This document shows positions 28,742-40,066 of a stretch of 64,000 bases of DNA, one piece after another. The notes beneath the pieces are model-generated. The model worked only from the letters and a program-made list of their open reading frames with translations, made no database searches and was not told the origin of the DNA. A program made the position numbers and the translations under genes. The first letter of the stretch is position 1. Each line of letters opens with the position of its first letter. Source of the stretch: an uncultured delta proteobacterium (GTDB lineage Bacteria; Desulfobacterota; Syntrophorhabdia; Syntrophorhabdales; WCHB1-27); NCBI GenBank assembly GCA_963818095.1, contig CAWFRA010000027.1, forward strand, positions 2,142 through 66,141, read 5' to 3'.

Positions 28742-30129
28742 GTGGAGGCGGCGGAAACCACCCGGATGAGTGCTAACATGGCAAACAAGCCCGACATGGC
28801 CAGGCAAATCGGGTTCTTTTCCGCAACCGTCGTCGTGATAGCCAATATGATCGGTACGGGCGTCTTCACCACGTCCGGGTTCGTCGCCCGTGACCTTGCC
28901 CATCCGGTGCCGCTTCTCCTCTGCTGGGTCGCGGGCGGCATCTTCGCACTCTGCGGCGCCCTCTGTTATGGGGAGCTTGGCGCTCAGTTTCCAAGGGCGG
29001 GAGGAGAATACGCCTATCTGAAACAGGCCTTCGGGCCGTTGCCCGCCTTTCTGTCCGGGTGGGTATCCCTGATCGTAGGGTTTTCCGCCCCTATCGCCGC
29101 CTCCGCCATTGCCTTCTCCGTCTATTTCCTGAAGGCATTCTCGTTTCCCTCCGTTACGCTGCTTAAGGTCAGCCTCTTCGGTTTCGACCTTGCGGTCATT
29201 TCCACCGAGACCCTTATGGGCGTCATGGCCGTTGTCGCCCTCTCGCTGGTTCATATGCATAGCGTCCGGCTGGGCAGCCGCGTCCAGGGGGCGCTTACGG
29301 TTTTCAAGATCACCGTGATCGTCGCTTTCATTGTGGGCGGCTTCCTCGTGGGGCGCGGCTCCCTCTCGCATTTTACAGGTGATTTCAGGGTAGCCTCGCT
29401 CTTTAGCGGCAGGTTCGCCACGTCCCTCATCTTCATCTCCTTCGCATACAGCGGGTGGAATGCCGCCGCCTACCTGGGCGGCGAGATAAAAAACCCTGGA
29501 CGGAACATACCGCTTGCCCTCTTTGCAGGCACCATTGTAGTGACCTTGAGTTATCTGGCCCTCAATGCCTTGTACGTCTATGCGCTGCCCATAGGCGAGA
29601 TGAGCGGGGTGGTGGAGGTCGGAGAAAAGGCAGCGTCGGCCCTGTTCGGGGCGGGCACGGGCCGTTTGCTGACGGGGGCTATTGCAGTGGGCATCCTCTC
29701 GGCGCTCAGCGCCATGATCCTCACCGGCCCTAGGGTCTATTACGCCATGTCGAGAGACGGGGCGTTCTTCGGCCGCTTCGGGAAGGTAGACGACCGGCGC
29801 AGGACGCCCGTGCTTTCGATAGCCCTGCAGGCGGCGATCTCGATATGCATGATCCTCACGTCCTCGTTCGAAACGCTGCTTTTGTATATCGGGTTCACCC
29901 TCTCGCTCTTCTCGGTCCTCACAGTCCTCGGCCTTCTCCGCCTGAGGGCCGAAAAAAGCTGACGGCCGGCACTTATCGCACCTTCGGTTACCCGGTGACA
30001 CCCCTCATATTCATTGTCGGCAACCTGCTCATTGTATCGATGATGCTGATAGACAAGCCCGTGACGGTCTTCTGGGGACTTTTCACCATCGCAATCGGCG
30101 CTGCGTTTTACTGGTGCGCCGCGCGGTAA
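28742..30129 (+). pseudogene. APC-family amino acid permease, C-terminal frameshift as assembled
   Basis: Polytopic. VIANMIGTGVFTTSGF, FSYSGWNAAAYLGGEIKNP-type motifs. Frame change ~29950 joins ORF 28742..29962 to the tail of ORF 29845..30129. ATG 28766 is an alternative start. Confidence 0.8.
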
Positions 30130-30194
30130 ATCGCTATACCGGTGCTTCGGACCGGCACTCGCCCGCACTCCCCTCAAATCTGTTACACTATTCC

Positions 30195-31925
30195 ATGTCC
30201 GATTTTCTGCCGACGACGAGAGAGGAGATGCGGGAGAGGGGTTGGGATGCGCTCGATGTTATCCTGGTGTCCGGTGATGCTTATGTCGACCACCCTTCTT
30301 ATGGGACTGCGGTCATCGGAAGGGTCCTTGAGGCGGCCGGTCTGCGGGTTGGTGTTATAGCCCAGCCGGACTGGAGAGGTACCGGGGATTTCATGCGCCT
30401 CGGCTCCCCCAGGCTTTTTTTCGGGATCGCCGCCGGCAACCTCGACTCCATGGTCTCTAATTATACGTCCCACAAGAAAGCCCGCCGTCGGGATGCTTAT
30501 TCTCCGGGGGGAAAGCCCGGATTGCGTCCTGACAGGGCGACGGTCGTCTACGCCAATCGCGTGCGGGAGGCGTTTGGTCATGTACCCATTGTCCTGGGCG
30601 GCATCGAGGCGAGCCTTCGAAGGCTGGCGCACTACGATTGGTGGGATAACAAGGTGCGAAGGTCGCTCCTCCTCGACGCGAAAGCCGATATTTTGGTTTA
30701 CGGGATGGGAGAGACGCAGGTCCTGGAGATCGCCCGCAGGCTCGATAAGGGAACCGATCTGGCGGGCATACCGGGCACCGTCATTGTGCAGGGGGCCTCC
30801 GCGTCCCCTAAGGAATCGGTAGAGATTCCCTCTTATGAAGAGGTCGCGGATGACAAGGATGCCTTCAACAGGGCTTTCATGCTCATCGCGCAAAACCAGG
30901 ACCCTTTTCGGGGAAAAGCCCTGCTGCAAAGACACAATAACCGCTTCGTGGTGCAGTACCCGCCTGCCGGGCCTCTGGCTGAAAACGAGCTCGACGCGAT
31001 CTATAAGCTTCCCTACGCGCGGATGCCCCACCCCTCTTATGAAAAGGAGGGCGGTGTTCCCGGCTTCGAGACGACCCGGTTTTCTATTGTGTCGCACCGG
31101 GGCTGCTGCGGCTCGTGCAGTTTCTGCTCTTTGTCCATGCACCAGGGAAGGATCATCCAATCGAGGAGTATCGAATCGGTCCTTCAGGAAGCGCGGGCGG
31201 TTTCCGGGATGAAAGGGTTCGGGGGAACGATTACGGATGTGGGCGGGCCTACCGCCAATCTTTATCGGGCCCGGTGCGCCCGGTGGGCAAAGGACGGCGG
31301 CTGCAAAGACCGGAGCTGTCTCCTACCCGAAAAGTGCACGGCCCTCAAGCTCGGCTACAGCGACGCCATACGCCTCTACCGCGCGATACTCAACCTGCCG
31401 AAGGTGAAACATATGTTCATAGAGAGCGGCCTCCGGTACGACCTTCTCGTCGGTCAAGAGGCGGGTGACTATTTTGAGCACATATGCAGGCACCACGTGG
31501 GAGGCCAGATGAAGGTGGCGCCGGAACATTCGGTAAGCCGCGTGCTCAGCGCCATGAACAAGCCTGACTTCCAGGTGTACGAACGCTTCGTCGAGCGCTT
31601 CCGGGAATTGCGCGAGAAAACGGGGAAAAACATTTACCTCGTCAACTACTTCATAAGCTCCCATCCGGGGGCCACACTCAGGGACGAAGAGGAGCTTGCC
31701 TCATATCTCAAGCGGCGGCACATGCGGCCGGAGCAGGTGCAGGACTTCACCCCCTTGCCCATGACCCTCTCGGCGTGCATGTACTACACCGAAAAACATC
31801 CCGTCACCGGGGAGAAAATGCACGTAGCCAAGTCTTTTCAGGAACGAAAAGCTCACCGGTCCCTCATTCAATATGCAAAGCCGGCGCAAGATAAGCGTAC
31901 ACGGCCCTTCGGCAGGACTCATTAG
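30195..31925 (+). CDS. ygiQ: YgiQ family radical SAM protein
   Basis: [37 protein letters not shown] (YgiQ N-terminus). [12 protein letters not shown] contains CxxxCxxC. Confidence 0.85.
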   Translation: MSDFLPTTREEMRERGWDALDVILVSGDAYVDHPSYGTAVIGRVLEAAGLRVGVIAQPDWRGTGDFMRLGSPRLFFGIAAGNLDSMVSNYTSHKKARRRDAYSPGGKPGLRPDRATVVYANRVREAFGHVPIVLGGIEASLRRLAHYDWWDNKVRRSLLLDAKADILVYGMGETQVLEIARRLDKGTDLAGIPGTVIVQGASASPKESVEIPSYEEVADDKDAFNRAFMLIAQNQDPFRGKALLQRHNNRFVVQYPPAGPLAENELDAIYKLPYARMPHPSYEKEGGVPGFETTRFSIVSHRGCCGSCSFCSLSMHQGRIIQSRSIESVLQEARAVSGMKGFGGTITDVGGPTANLYRARCARWAKDGGCKDRSCLLPEKCTALKLGYSDAIRLYRAILNLPKVKHMFIESGLRYDLLVGQEAGDYFEHICRHHVGGQMKVAPEHSVSRVLSAMNKPDFQVYERFVERFRELREKTGKNIYLVNYFISSHPGATLRDEEELASYLKRRHMRPEQVQDFTPLPMTLSACMYYTEKHPVTGEKMHVAKSFQERKAHRSLIQYAKPAQDKRTRPFGRTH

Positions 31926-31968
31926 CGGCGACGAACCGGAGCAGGGTCCAGCCGCAAAAAGCGTTGGT

Positions 31969-33494
31969 TCAGCTTTTTTGTTTCAGCCGTTGCGATAACC
32001 CGACGACTCTTACACCCACAGCCAGAGCCAGAAGCACCGCCGACAGCAGCAGGAACCAGTCCCCGTAGCGGACATAGAGCGTCTCGCTGTCCCGCAGCCC
32101 GTACTTCCCACGCAGTACCGCAGTCTCGAACAGCCCCGTCTCCGAAACCGTCCGCCCGCGCGGGTCGATGACAGCGCTCAACCCCGTATTCGCAGCGCGC
32201 AGCATGTACCGGTCCGTCTCGACCGCCCGGAAGATATAGGCCGCGAAATGCTGGTAGGGCGCCGAGGACTTCCCGAACCACGCGTCGTTAGTCATGTTGA
32301 CGAGCACCTGCGCGCCCCTCCTCACCGTGTCCACCGTGATCGATGGGAAGACGCCCTCATAGCAGATGAGCACGCCGACCCTTCCGGCGTCCGTGCGTAT
32401 CGGGTCGTGCGACGGGCCGGAAAAGAAATCACCGGCGGCAACGCTCATTTCACGCAGGAAAGGGAAGTAATCGGCCAGGGGCGTATACTCGCCGAACGGG
32501 ACGAGGTGGTTCTTCAAATACGGATTGAAAACCTTGCCCGTTTTTCCCGATGGCGTAGGCGGCATTGTAGAACCGGCCCGCGGCGTCTTTCGATATCGTG
32601 CCGAAGAGAAGGGTGTTCCCGCGCATCTCCGGAAGGCTGCGGATCGGAGCCGCCCGCGTGGTCGGGGTCGAAGACGAAGGGCATCGCGGTCTCCGGCCAG
32701 ACTACGAGGTCGGACGGCCTTGAATGAAGGAGGGTAAGGTTGGCGTATTTATCGATAATAGCTGCCCGGTACGCCTCGTCGAATTTGACGTCCTGCCGGA
32801 CGTTGCCCTGGATAATCGCCGTTTGCATGTCCGCTTTGATCGGCTGCCCGAGGCGGTAAAGGCCGAAGGCCAGGCAGGCGCAGAATAGGCAGGCGACGAC
32901 CGCGCCGTAGACAACCGTGAAGCGCCTGCGGCCGACCACCCCGTATACCAGGCAGTTCACCGCTACGATAAGGAAGGACAGGAAATAGGCGCCGGCGACC
33001 GAGGAAACCTGCACGATGGGCAGGAAGTTATACTGCGAATGGGAGAGGAAGGACCAGGGGAAGCCGGAGAGCAACCACCCACGGAGGTATTCGAGGAGCA
33101 CCCATGCGGGAGGGGCGGTCAGGGCGATGGGGAGGTCGAGGCGGTCGCGCAAGAACCCGATCAGCCATGCAAACCCGCCCGTAAACAGGGAAATGTAAAG
33201 CACGAGAAGGAGCATGGTCGCAACGGATAGCGGCATGCTTATGCCGCCGAACCTGTTCATCGCGACTACTACCCAGTAGACGAGGCCCACGTAAGAGACA
33301 ACGCCGCAAATGAAGCCGTTCGCAAAGTTGCGGCCTCCCCGCTTCCGTTCCAGGGCGAAGAAAAGGGGCGCCAGGGCGATATACGCCAGGTAGAACTGCG
33401 AGACGGGCGGCTGGCAGACGACCAGCAGCGCGCCCGACAGCACGGCGAGGCGGCTAGAGGCCGATATCTTTATATGCAGGAAGTTCCGTAACAT
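31969..33494 (-). pseudogene. lnt: apolipoprotein N-acyltransferase, frameshifted as assembled
   Basis: Polytopic N-terminal half, then the nitrilase-fold half: VVWPETAMPF, NHLVPFGEYTP, VLICYEGVFP. Frame changes ~32650 and ~32535. Confidence 0.85.
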
Positions 33495-33909
33495 ATGCCA
33501 TCAGCTTGTGCTCCCTGTACCGCATCCTGCGCGCCTCCGGCCCGCCTTTTTCATGGTCGAAGCCGAGCACGTGAACGAGGCCGTGGACGATAAGGGACAG
33601 GAGCCTTTCGTAAAAGGGCACGCCGGCCGCAAGCGCCTCTTTCTGCGCCTGCTCCACAGAGATTATAAGGTCTCCCGCCACCTCGCACGAAAAGCCGTCG
33701 AGGTAGGAAAAGGAGATCACGTTCGTCGGAGAATCCTTGCCGAAGCACTTGCGGTTGAGGGCAGCGATTTTCTTGTTGTCCGTAAAAAGGATGCTCAGGT
33801 CCCTATCCCGCAGCCCTGAATAGACGAGCAAATCCTCTGTTATTCTTTTTAGCCGCTTTTTGTCCAGCTTCAACAAGCCTTGGGAATCTCTTATCAGCGC
33901 CGTCATCAT
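33454..33909 (-). CDS. ybeY: rRNA maturation endoribonuclease YbeY
   Basis: IVHGLVHVLGFDHE (HxxxHxxxxxH zinc motif). 151 aa. Confidence 0.9.
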   Translation of the reverse strand: MMTALIRDSQGLLKLDKKRLKRITEDLLVYSGLRDRDLSILFTDNKKIAALNRKCFGKDSPTNVISFSYLDGFSCEVAGDLIISVEQAQKEALAAGVPFYERLLSLIVHGLVHVLGFDHEKGGPEARRMRYREHKLMAYVTELPAYKDIGL

Positions 33910-35512
33910 CGGTCCTTTCCGGGTATTCTATACGCTGGTGGAAGATGCCTATCAAAATGGTGATGAAGCTCTTCTGGATCGCGTGGAGGTCCTTGAGCGT
34001 CAGCTCGCACTCGTCGAGCTGACCGTCCAGGAATATCTGCTCGATGATATTCTGCACGTGGGTCTCGATCCTCTTGGGGCTGGGGTCGTCAAGCGTGCGG
34101 GACGCAGCCTCGACAGCGTCGGCCAGCATCACTATCCCGGCCTCCCTCGTCTGCGGCTTCGGCCCGGGGTACCTGAAGTCCTTCTCGTCGATAGCCGACA
34201 GCTCCGGGTCCTCCATCTCTTTCGCCCTTTGGTAAAAATAGGTCACCAGGCTCGTTCCGTGGTGTTGATGGATGATCTCGTATATCTTCTTGCCGAGCCG
34301 GTACTCCTGCGCAAGCTCCACCCCTTCCTTGACGTGCGACAGGATGATGAGGCTGCTCATGCGGGGCGAAAGGTTCTTGTGCGCGTCCTGGTCTTTCGTG
34401 TTCTCGATGAAATAATGGGCCTTCTTCAACTTGCCTACGTCATGGTAGTACGCGGCGACCCTGGTAAGTATCGGGTGGGCGCCTATGCTCTCCGCCGCGA
34501 CCTTGCAAAGGTTGCCGACCAGTATGCTGTGGTGGTACGTGCCGGGGGCGGATACCATCATCTGCTCGAGGAGTGGGTGCTCCAGGTTCGCAAGCTCCAG
34601 GAGCTTGAAGTTTGTCGTGTAATCGAAGAGGCTCTCTATAAGCGGCAGGAGGCCGGCAGTCATAAGGCTCGATCCTGCGCCGCCCAGAAGCAGCAGGGTT
34701 ATCTTCAGCGGCAGGTCGGTCAAGGGATACGCCAACAGCAGATGGAAGAAGAAGACGACGAAGGACATGGCGACGGCCGCGAAGAAGCCTGCGCCGAGCA
34801 TGGTCGAGCGCCTTTCGACCTGGCCCGAATAATAGGAGGCGACGAGGTTGCCGAGGAAGGCATAGACAAAAACGGGCAGGGCGTTTCCGTTCCCTACCGT
34901 AAAGGCGACCGCTGCCGCCAGGATGGTCGAAAAGACGAGGACCGCCTCCGAAAATAGTATGATCCTCATGACGATGCCGAAAAGGAAGAGGGGGAATATG
35001 TAAAACAGGAGCGAGGCATACTCCGGCGCGAACCTTTCGAAGACGATCACGCAAAGCTTCAGCAAGAAGACCGTAAAGACGGTCAGTGAAGCCGCGAAAA
35101 TGAAATCCTTAAGGGACAAGTGGAATTTTTTGACGTTCTTGTCCGCGAACTCGAAAATTATGGTGATGAGGGAAAAGAATATGAGGAAGAGGAAGAAGGC
35201 CTGACGGGTAAACGGCTTCCTTTTGTGCTCTATCTGGCGGAAGGAGGCCATCTTCTCGTTGTCTTCGCGGCTTACCTTCTGGCCTTCCCTGACGATCACC
35301 TCGCCTTTCCGCACGGCTGTGCCCGATTCCGGCACGACGTAGTCCGTGCTCGACCTTACCGTCCTCGCCGCTATGTCGCCCACCTGGTATCGCTCCACGA
35401 GGATGGGGACTTTTATGTTGGCTATTGCGGCCAGGGCGAGGGAAAAGATGCAAATAACGAGGTATTTCTTGAATGCGAGGCGCGAGGGAGGTTTGTCCTT
35501 TTCGTTCTTCAT
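33803..35512 (-). CDS. 7TM-HD (PgpH/YqfF-like) phosphohydrolase
   Basis: Extracellular N-terminus, 7 TM helices, then HD domain ([21 protein letters not shown]). The last ~35 codons overlap ybeY and may be a read-through artefact. Confidence 0.85.
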   Translation of the reverse strand: MKNEKDKPPSRLAFKKYLVICIFSLALAAIANIKVPILVERYQVGDIAARTVRSSTDYVVPESGTAVRKGEVIVREGQKVSREDNEKMASFRQIEHKRKPFTRQAFFLFLIFFSLITIIFEFADKNVKKFHLSLKDFIFAASLTVFTVFLLKLCVIVFERFAPEYASLLFYIFPLFLFGIVMRIILFSEAVLVFSTILAAAVAFTVGNGNALPVFVYAFLGNLVASYYSGQVERRSTMLGAGFFAAVAMSFVVFFFHLLLAYPLTDLPLKITLLLLGGAGSSLMTAGLLPLIESLFDYTTNFKLLELANLEHPLLEQMMVSAPGTYHHSILVGNLCKVAAESIGAHPILTRVAAYYHDVGKLKKAHYFIENTKDQDAHKNLSPRMSSLIILSHVKEGVELAQEYRLGKKIYEIIHQHHGTSLVTYFYQRAKEMEDPELSAIDEKDFRYPGPKPQTREAGIVMLADAVEAASRTLDDPSPKRIETHVQNIIEQIFLDGQLDECELTLKDLHAIQKSFITILIGIFHQRIEYPERTDDDGADKRFPRLVEAGQKAAKKNNRGFARLFRAAG

Positions 35513-36570
35513 GCCTTGCTCCTATCCGCCGCCGCCCTCTTTTCGTAGGCCCTGATGATCTTCTGGACGAGAGGGTGCCTTACCACGTCCTTCTCCGTAA
35601 AATATATGAATTGCAGTCCCTTGATGCCTTTAAGGATGGTCTGTATCTCCACGAGCCCCGACGAGCTTTTCTGGGGCAGGTCAATCTGCGTTATGTCTCC
35701 GGTGATGACCGCCTTCGATGAGAAGCCCAGGCGGGTGAGGAACATCTTCATCTGCTCGGAGCCCGTGTTCTGCGCCTCGTCGAGGATGACAAATGCGTCG
35801 TTGAGCGTCCTGCCCCTCATAAAGGCAAGCGGCGCTATCTCCAGGATGCCCTTCTCGATGAGCCGGCCGGCCCTGTCCATGTCCACCATGTCGTAAAGGG
35901 CGTCGTGAAGGGGCCGCAGGTAAGGGTTGACCTTTTCGTACATCGTACCGGGAAGAAACCCCAGCTTCTCGCCCGCCTCTATCGCCGGCCGCGTCAGGAC
36001 GATCCGCGATACCTCCTTGTTGAAGTAGGCGGACAGGGCCATGGCCATGGCGAGATAAGTCTTGCCGGTCCCGGCCGGGCCTATGCCTATGACGATGTCG
36101 TGCTTGCGTATGGCCTGGATGTAGGACTTCTGGTTTTTCGTTTTAGGTATGACCACCTTACGCGAAGGCGGGATATATATCTGGTCCTGGTAAAGCTCGT
36201 CCACGCTCTGCTCGGTGTGGGCCACGAAGCGGACGGCATGGTCGATGTCGGACGGGTTTATGGGAAAACCCTTCTTGACGAGCCCTGCAAGCTCGTGTAT
36301 CACCTTGCTCGTATTCTCTACGTCCCGTTTCTTGCCGACGAGGGTAAGGTGCGTCCCCCGTACGCTGGTCCTGACATCAAAATATTTTTTGAGATATTTT
36401 ATGTTCTCGTCGCGGGGGCCGAACAGGTTGCGGGCGAGGTGCGTGTCGTCAAAGGATAGCTGCACTACCTCTTCTTCAGTTTTCTCTTCCAATAAGTCTT
36501 GGTGGACCTCCACGTTGAATTGGTTATCATAATATAGCACAAATGGGGGTTGCGCGAAAGCGACCGGCAT
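35509..36570 (-). CDS. phoH: PhoH-like ATPase (YbeZ)
   Basis: Start taken at [23 protein letters not shown] (Walker A), [21 protein letters not shown]. Confidence 0.9.
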   Translation of the reverse strand: MPVAFAQPPFVLYYDNQFNVEVHQDLLEEKTEEEVVQLSFDDTHLARNLFGPRDENIKYLKKYFDVRTSVRGTHLTLVGKKRDVENTSKVIHELAGLVKKGFPINPSDIDHAVRFVAHTEQSVDELYQDQIYIPPSRKVVIPKTKNQKSYIQAIRKHDIVIGIGPAGTGKTYLAMAMALSAYFNKEVSRIVLTRPAIEAGEKLGFLPGTMYEKVNPYLRPLHDALYDMVDMDRAGRLIEKGILEIAPLAFMRGRTLNDAFVILDEAQNTGSEQMKMFLTRLGFSSKAVITGDITQIDLPQKSSSGLVEIQTILKGIKGLQFIYFTEKDVVRHPLVQKIIRAYEKRAAADRSKA

Positions 36571-36639
36571 TATAGGGCGGCCGCGAGGAGAGGATCTCTT
36601 GCGCCCGCGCCGATAAGATGCCACAATAGTGTAATCGAT

Positions 36640-37797
36640 ATGGAACGCGTAATAGTAGACAAAACCGCCGAGGAATCGGTCACCGCCGGCCACCCCTGGA
36701 TCTTCAGCAACCAGGTCCGCTCGAAGCCTGCCGGCGTGCCGGACGGCTCGACCGTCGAGGTGGCAGGGGAGCGCGGCCGCCTACTCGGCACCGGCTATTA
36801 TAATGGTAAGAGCCTGATCGCCGTGCGCCTCCTTGCCCGCGAGCACATCGAGCCGGACGAGGCGTTTTTTGCCCGCCGCATCGAGGAGGCGTTGAAGCTC
36901 AGGGCGGGCCTGTATGAAGGCAGCTTCAGGGTCGTCAACTCCGAGTCGGACTTTCTACCCGGCCTCATCATAGACAAGTACGAGGACCAGGCGGTCGTGC
37001 AGATCGTCACCCAGGGCATGGAGAGGCTTAGGGAGCCGATCGTCGCGGCGGTAAAGAAAGTGCTCGCCCCTGCGGCAATCGTGCTGCGCAACGAGGGTGC
37101 CGGCAGGGCGGAAGAGGGGCTTACTCCATATACGGAAGTAGCCTACGGAGACGTGAAAAGGGACGCTGTCATCAAAGTCGGGCCGCTTAAGTTCCTGGTC
37201 GATCCGATGTCCGGCCACAAGACGGGTTTTTACTTCGACCAGCGTGAAAACAGAATGCTTATGAAGGACTTTGCGGCAGGCCGCGACGTCCTCGACCTTT
37301 TCTGCTACACGGGCGGGTTCGGGCTTTACGCGCTTCACTTCGGCGCCCGCAGGGCGGTTTTCGTCGATGTTTCGTCCCAGGCGATCGAGGTGTGCAGGGA
37401 GAACGTGCGGCTGAATAACCTGAAAGGGGCCGCCTTCGTAAAGAGCGACGCCTTCGACTATCTCAAGGAGTCGACGGAGGAGCACGACCTTCTGGTCCTC
37501 GACCCCCCGTCGTTCATAAAATCGAAGAAGAAGATAAAGGAAGGCGAAAGAGGCTACATAGACCTGCACAAGAAGGCTTTGCGGCGCCTTGCCGACGGAG
37601 GCCACCTGTTCACTTTTTCGTGTTCTTACCACATGAAGCGGTCGAGGTTCAGGGACATGGTTCGCATTGCTGCGTACGGCCGCGCCGACGTCTACCTGGT
37701 CCGCGAGCTAAACCAGGCGGCGGACCACCCGGTGCTGCTCACCATCCCCGAGACGGAGTACCTGAAAGGGCTCATCGTCAGGGTTAAACAGCGCTGA
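36640..37797 (+). CDS. PUA-domain class I SAM-dependent rRNA (cytosine-C5) methyltransferase, RlmI-like
   Basis: Start [40 protein letters not shown] (motif I), LDPPSF (motif IV). Confidence 0.8.
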   Translation: MERVIVDKTAEESVTAGHPWIFSNQVRSKPAGVPDGSTVEVAGERGRLLGTGYYNGKSLIAVRLLAREHIEPDEAFFARRIEEALKLRAGLYEGSFRVVNSESDFLPGLIIDKYEDQAVVQIVTQGMERLREPIVAAVKKVLAPAAIVLRNEGAGRAEEGLTPYTEVAYGDVKRDAVIKVGPLKFLVDPMSGHKTGFYFDQRENRMLMKDFAAGRDVLDLFCYTGGFGLYALHFGARRAVFVDVSSQAIEVCRENVRLNNLKGAAFVKSDAFDYLKESTEEHDLLVLDPPSFIKSKKKIKEGERGYIDLHKKALRRLADGGHLFTFSCSYHMKRSRFRDMVRIAAYGRADVYLVRELNQAADHPVLLTIPETEYLKGLIVRVKQR

Positions 37798-37906
37798 CCC
37801 AAAAGGCGCGGCAGCGGCGAGAAATGAACCTGAATAATGCCGACCGCGCCTTAGCACCTTGACTTGCCCCCCGGACTCCATTTAAACTTTAAACAGTATC
37901 ACAGCC

Positions 37907-38815
37907 ATGAGAGCGAGAAAGATAGTCAACATCATTTTGCCGCTTGCCGGCCTCGGCCTGATCGTTTTCTATAATTTTTGCGGGTCGGCCTGCACGTTCC
38001 TTAAAGGGGATTTTCTGGGCATCGACCTGAAGTACCTCGGCATCGCCTACGCGCTCCTTCTGGCTGCGCTCGTCCTGCTCAGGCGGGACACATCCCACCT
38101 CGCCGTGCTTTCCCTGGGTGTCGGGATGGAGGCCAATCTGGTGGCCTTCCAGGTCAAAAACGGCACCTATTGCCCTTATTGCCTGGGCTTCGCAGCCATC
38201 CTGATCTTCCTCTTCATTTTCAACTGGAGGCGGTCGAGGCTGCCGCTGATGGGCATCTGCGCAGCCATCGGCTTCTTCCTCTGCCTCGTTTTTTTCAAGG
38301 GGGCCACGACGCCTGCCTATGCCGACGAGGTCCTGATGCCCTCCTTCGGCACGGGTAAGGTCCAGGTAAGGCTTTACACGGACTATTTCTGCGGACCATG
38401 CAGCCGCCTGGAGCCGCAGATCGAGCCGGTGCTCAAAGACCTGGTGCGTAAAAACGCCGTGACCCTCATGTTCGTCGATACGCCCATCCACACGCACACC
38501 CCGCTCTACGCCAAACATTTTCTTTATATTTTGAACGCAGACAGGAGGTTCGACCAGGCGCTGCGGTCGAGGGCGCTCCTTTTCGAGGCTGCAAGCCAGA
38601 AAATCACGGAGCGGGATAAGCTCGAAGACTTTTTAAAGGCGCACGACCTCAAATTCAGGGAGACCGACACAAGGCCGACCTTTGCGGCGCTGTCGGCGCT
38701 CATGCGGGAAGACAAGGTATCCTCGACCCCTACGTGCATCATAATCCGGGACGGGAAGAAGTCGACCTTCAGCGGAGACACGGAGATCGCGGGCGCCCTC
38801 GCGCTCATGAAATAA
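37907..38815 (+). CDS. VKOR-like membrane domain fused to a DsbA/thioredoxin-like domain
   Basis: N-terminal 4-5 TM helices with Cys pairs CGSAC and CPYC. The C-terminal soluble domain carries YFCGPCSRLEP (CxxC in a thioredoxin-fold context). Confidence 0.65.
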   Translation: MRARKIVNIILPLAGLGLIVFYNFCGSACTFLKGDFLGIDLKYLGIAYALLLAALVLLRRDTSHLAVLSLGVGMEANLVAFQVKNGTYCPYCLGFAAILIFLFIFNWRRSRLPLMGICAAIGFFLCLVFFKGATTPAYADEVLMPSFGTGKVQVRLYTDYFCGPCSRLEPQIEPVLKDLVRKNAVTLMFVDTPIHTHTPLYAKHFLYILNADRRFDQALRSRALLFEAASQKITERDKLEDFLKAHDLKFRETDTRPTFAALSALMREDKVSSTPTCIIIRDGKKSTFSGDTEIAGALALMK

Positions 38816-39078
38816 GCCCCGATTTACAGCCTATCTCCTACAGCCGGTAAGGCTCCGGGCCGTAAAAAAGCTGGGCATGCGGCCTGCCCTGTCAAAAAAC
38901 TTGACGGTAAGGGGTTGAAAGTCTTCCATTTTTGCCTTATGCGTAGTATAATATGCGATATTCTCATAATGGGGGATACTTTTATCTTTATCCGGGACTG
39001 CAGATGGTTGTATGCAGGGTTTTAAAAAAAAGCGAGCATTCGCCTGATAAAGATTACGGGTGGGAGTCAAGAATCCTC

Positions 39079-39108
39079 TTGACAGCGAGAGGATGAAAGT
39101 GATATTCT
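39079..39108 (+). promoter_or_regulatory. candidate sigma70 promoter for the str operon
   Basis: TTGACA 39079-39084, 18-nt spacer, TATTCT 39103-39108. The -35 lies inside a 7-bp inverted repeat (ATCCTCT ... AGAGGAT). Confidence 0.4.
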
Positions 39109-39156
39109 CACAAAGCTTTTTTCCCAAAAGCTGACGCAATGGTCCGTACTTTTTTC

Positions 39157-39183
39157 ATCCCTTCGACAAGGGATTATTTTTTT
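39157..39183 (+). terminator. terminator-like hairpin plus U-tract in the rpsL leader, abutting the SD
   Basis: ATCCCTT (39157-63) / AAGGGAT (39168-74), 4-nt loop, then TATTTTTTT running into GGAGG 39184-88. A second 7-bp hairpin lies at 39114-39132. Confidence 0.4.
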
Positions 39184-39193
39184 GGAGGTATTG

Positions 39194-39568
39194 ATGCCTA
39201 CTATTAATCAGTTGGTAAGGCTCGGGAGAGAAGTCGCTAAAAGGAAGAGCGCCTCGCCCGCACTTACCAGTTGCCCTCAGAAGAGGGGCGTTTGCGTCAG
39301 GGTTTATACTACGACACCCAAGAAGCCGAACTCCGCGTTGAGGAAGGTCGCAAGGGTGCGCCTTACGAACGGCATGGAAGTGACCACCTACATACCAGGG
39401 ATCGGCCATAACCTCCAGGAGCACTCGGTGGTGCTCATCAGGGGCGGCAGGGTCAAAGACCTTCCCGGTGTCCGTTATCACATCATCAGGGGGTCCCTCG
39501 ATGCCAGCGGCGTGCAGAACAGGAAGAAGAGCAGATCGAAGTACGGCTCGAAAAAGCCGAAGCAATAG
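39194..39568 (+). CDS. rpsL: 30S ribosomal protein S12
   Basis: MPTINQLVR...[31 protein letters not shown]. Confidence 0.97.
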   Translation: MPTINQLVRLGREVAKRKSASPALTSCPQKRGVCVRVYTTTPKKPNSALRKVARVRLTNGMEVTTYIPGIGHNLQEHSVVLIRGGRVKDLPGVRYHIIRGSLDASGVQNRKKSRSKYGSKKPKQ

Positions 39569-39595
39569 AGCGGAAAGCCGTAAAGGAGGCAGGTA

Positions 39596-40066
39596 GTGCC
39601 ACGCAAAGGAAGGGTATCTAAACGGGAGAGATTGCCTGACCCGAAATATAACGACGTCCTCGTCCAGAGGTTTATAAATTCGGTGATGTGGGACGGGAAA
39701 AAGAGCCTCGCCAGAAGGCTCGTCTACCGCGCCCTGGACCTTTCCGAAAAGCGGGTGAAGGAAGACCCGCTTAAGGTTTTCCGCAAGGCGATAGACAACG
39801 TGAAGCCTGAATTGGAAGTCAAGGCAAGGAGAGTCGGCGGCGCCACGTACCAGGTGCCGGTCGAGGTAAGGCTCGACAGGAAGATGTCCCTTGCCATAAG
39901 ATGGCTGCTCCGGTATGCCCGCGACCGGTCCGAGAAGACCATGGTCGAGAAGCTCGCCGGAGAGCTTATTGACGCTTACAACAACAGGGGCGGCGCAGTA
40001 AAGAAACGGGAAGATACGCACAAGATGGCAGAGGCCAACAAAGCGTTCGCCCATTACAGGTGGTAA
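39596..40066 (+). CDS. rpsG: 30S ribosomal protein S7
   Basis: GTG start. [18 protein letters not shown]...[11 protein letters not shown]...[14 protein letters not shown]. Confidence 0.97.
   Translation: MPRKGRVSKRERLPDPKYNDVLVQRFINSVMWDGKKSLARRLVYRALDLSEKRVKEDPLKVFRKAIDNVKPELEVKARRVGGATYQVPVEVRLDRKMSLAIRWLLRYARDRSEKTMVEKLAGELIDAYNNRGGAVKKREDTHKMAEANKAFAHYRW

Noticed and set aside
27995-31925. Small peptide + methyltransferase + permease + radical SAM (YgiQ) as a RiPP-like cluster
   Set aside because: YgiQ is a widespread housekeeping-type radical SAM family, the permease is a generic APC transporter, and no peptidase, cyclase or leader-core peptide pattern is present. The adjacency alone is insufficient.
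31925-31990. AAAAAGC...GCTTTTT palindrome between convergent ygiQ and lnt as a bidirectional terminator
   Set aside because: The stem is almost entirely A:T with only a 2-bp GC core. It is too weak to call.
33803-33909. 107-nt overlap between the PgpH-like gene 3' end and ybeY
   Set aside because: This is probably a read-through tail (or an undetected indel) rather than a meaningful overlapping gene arrangement. I kept the ORF coordinates but place no weight on the last ~35 codons.
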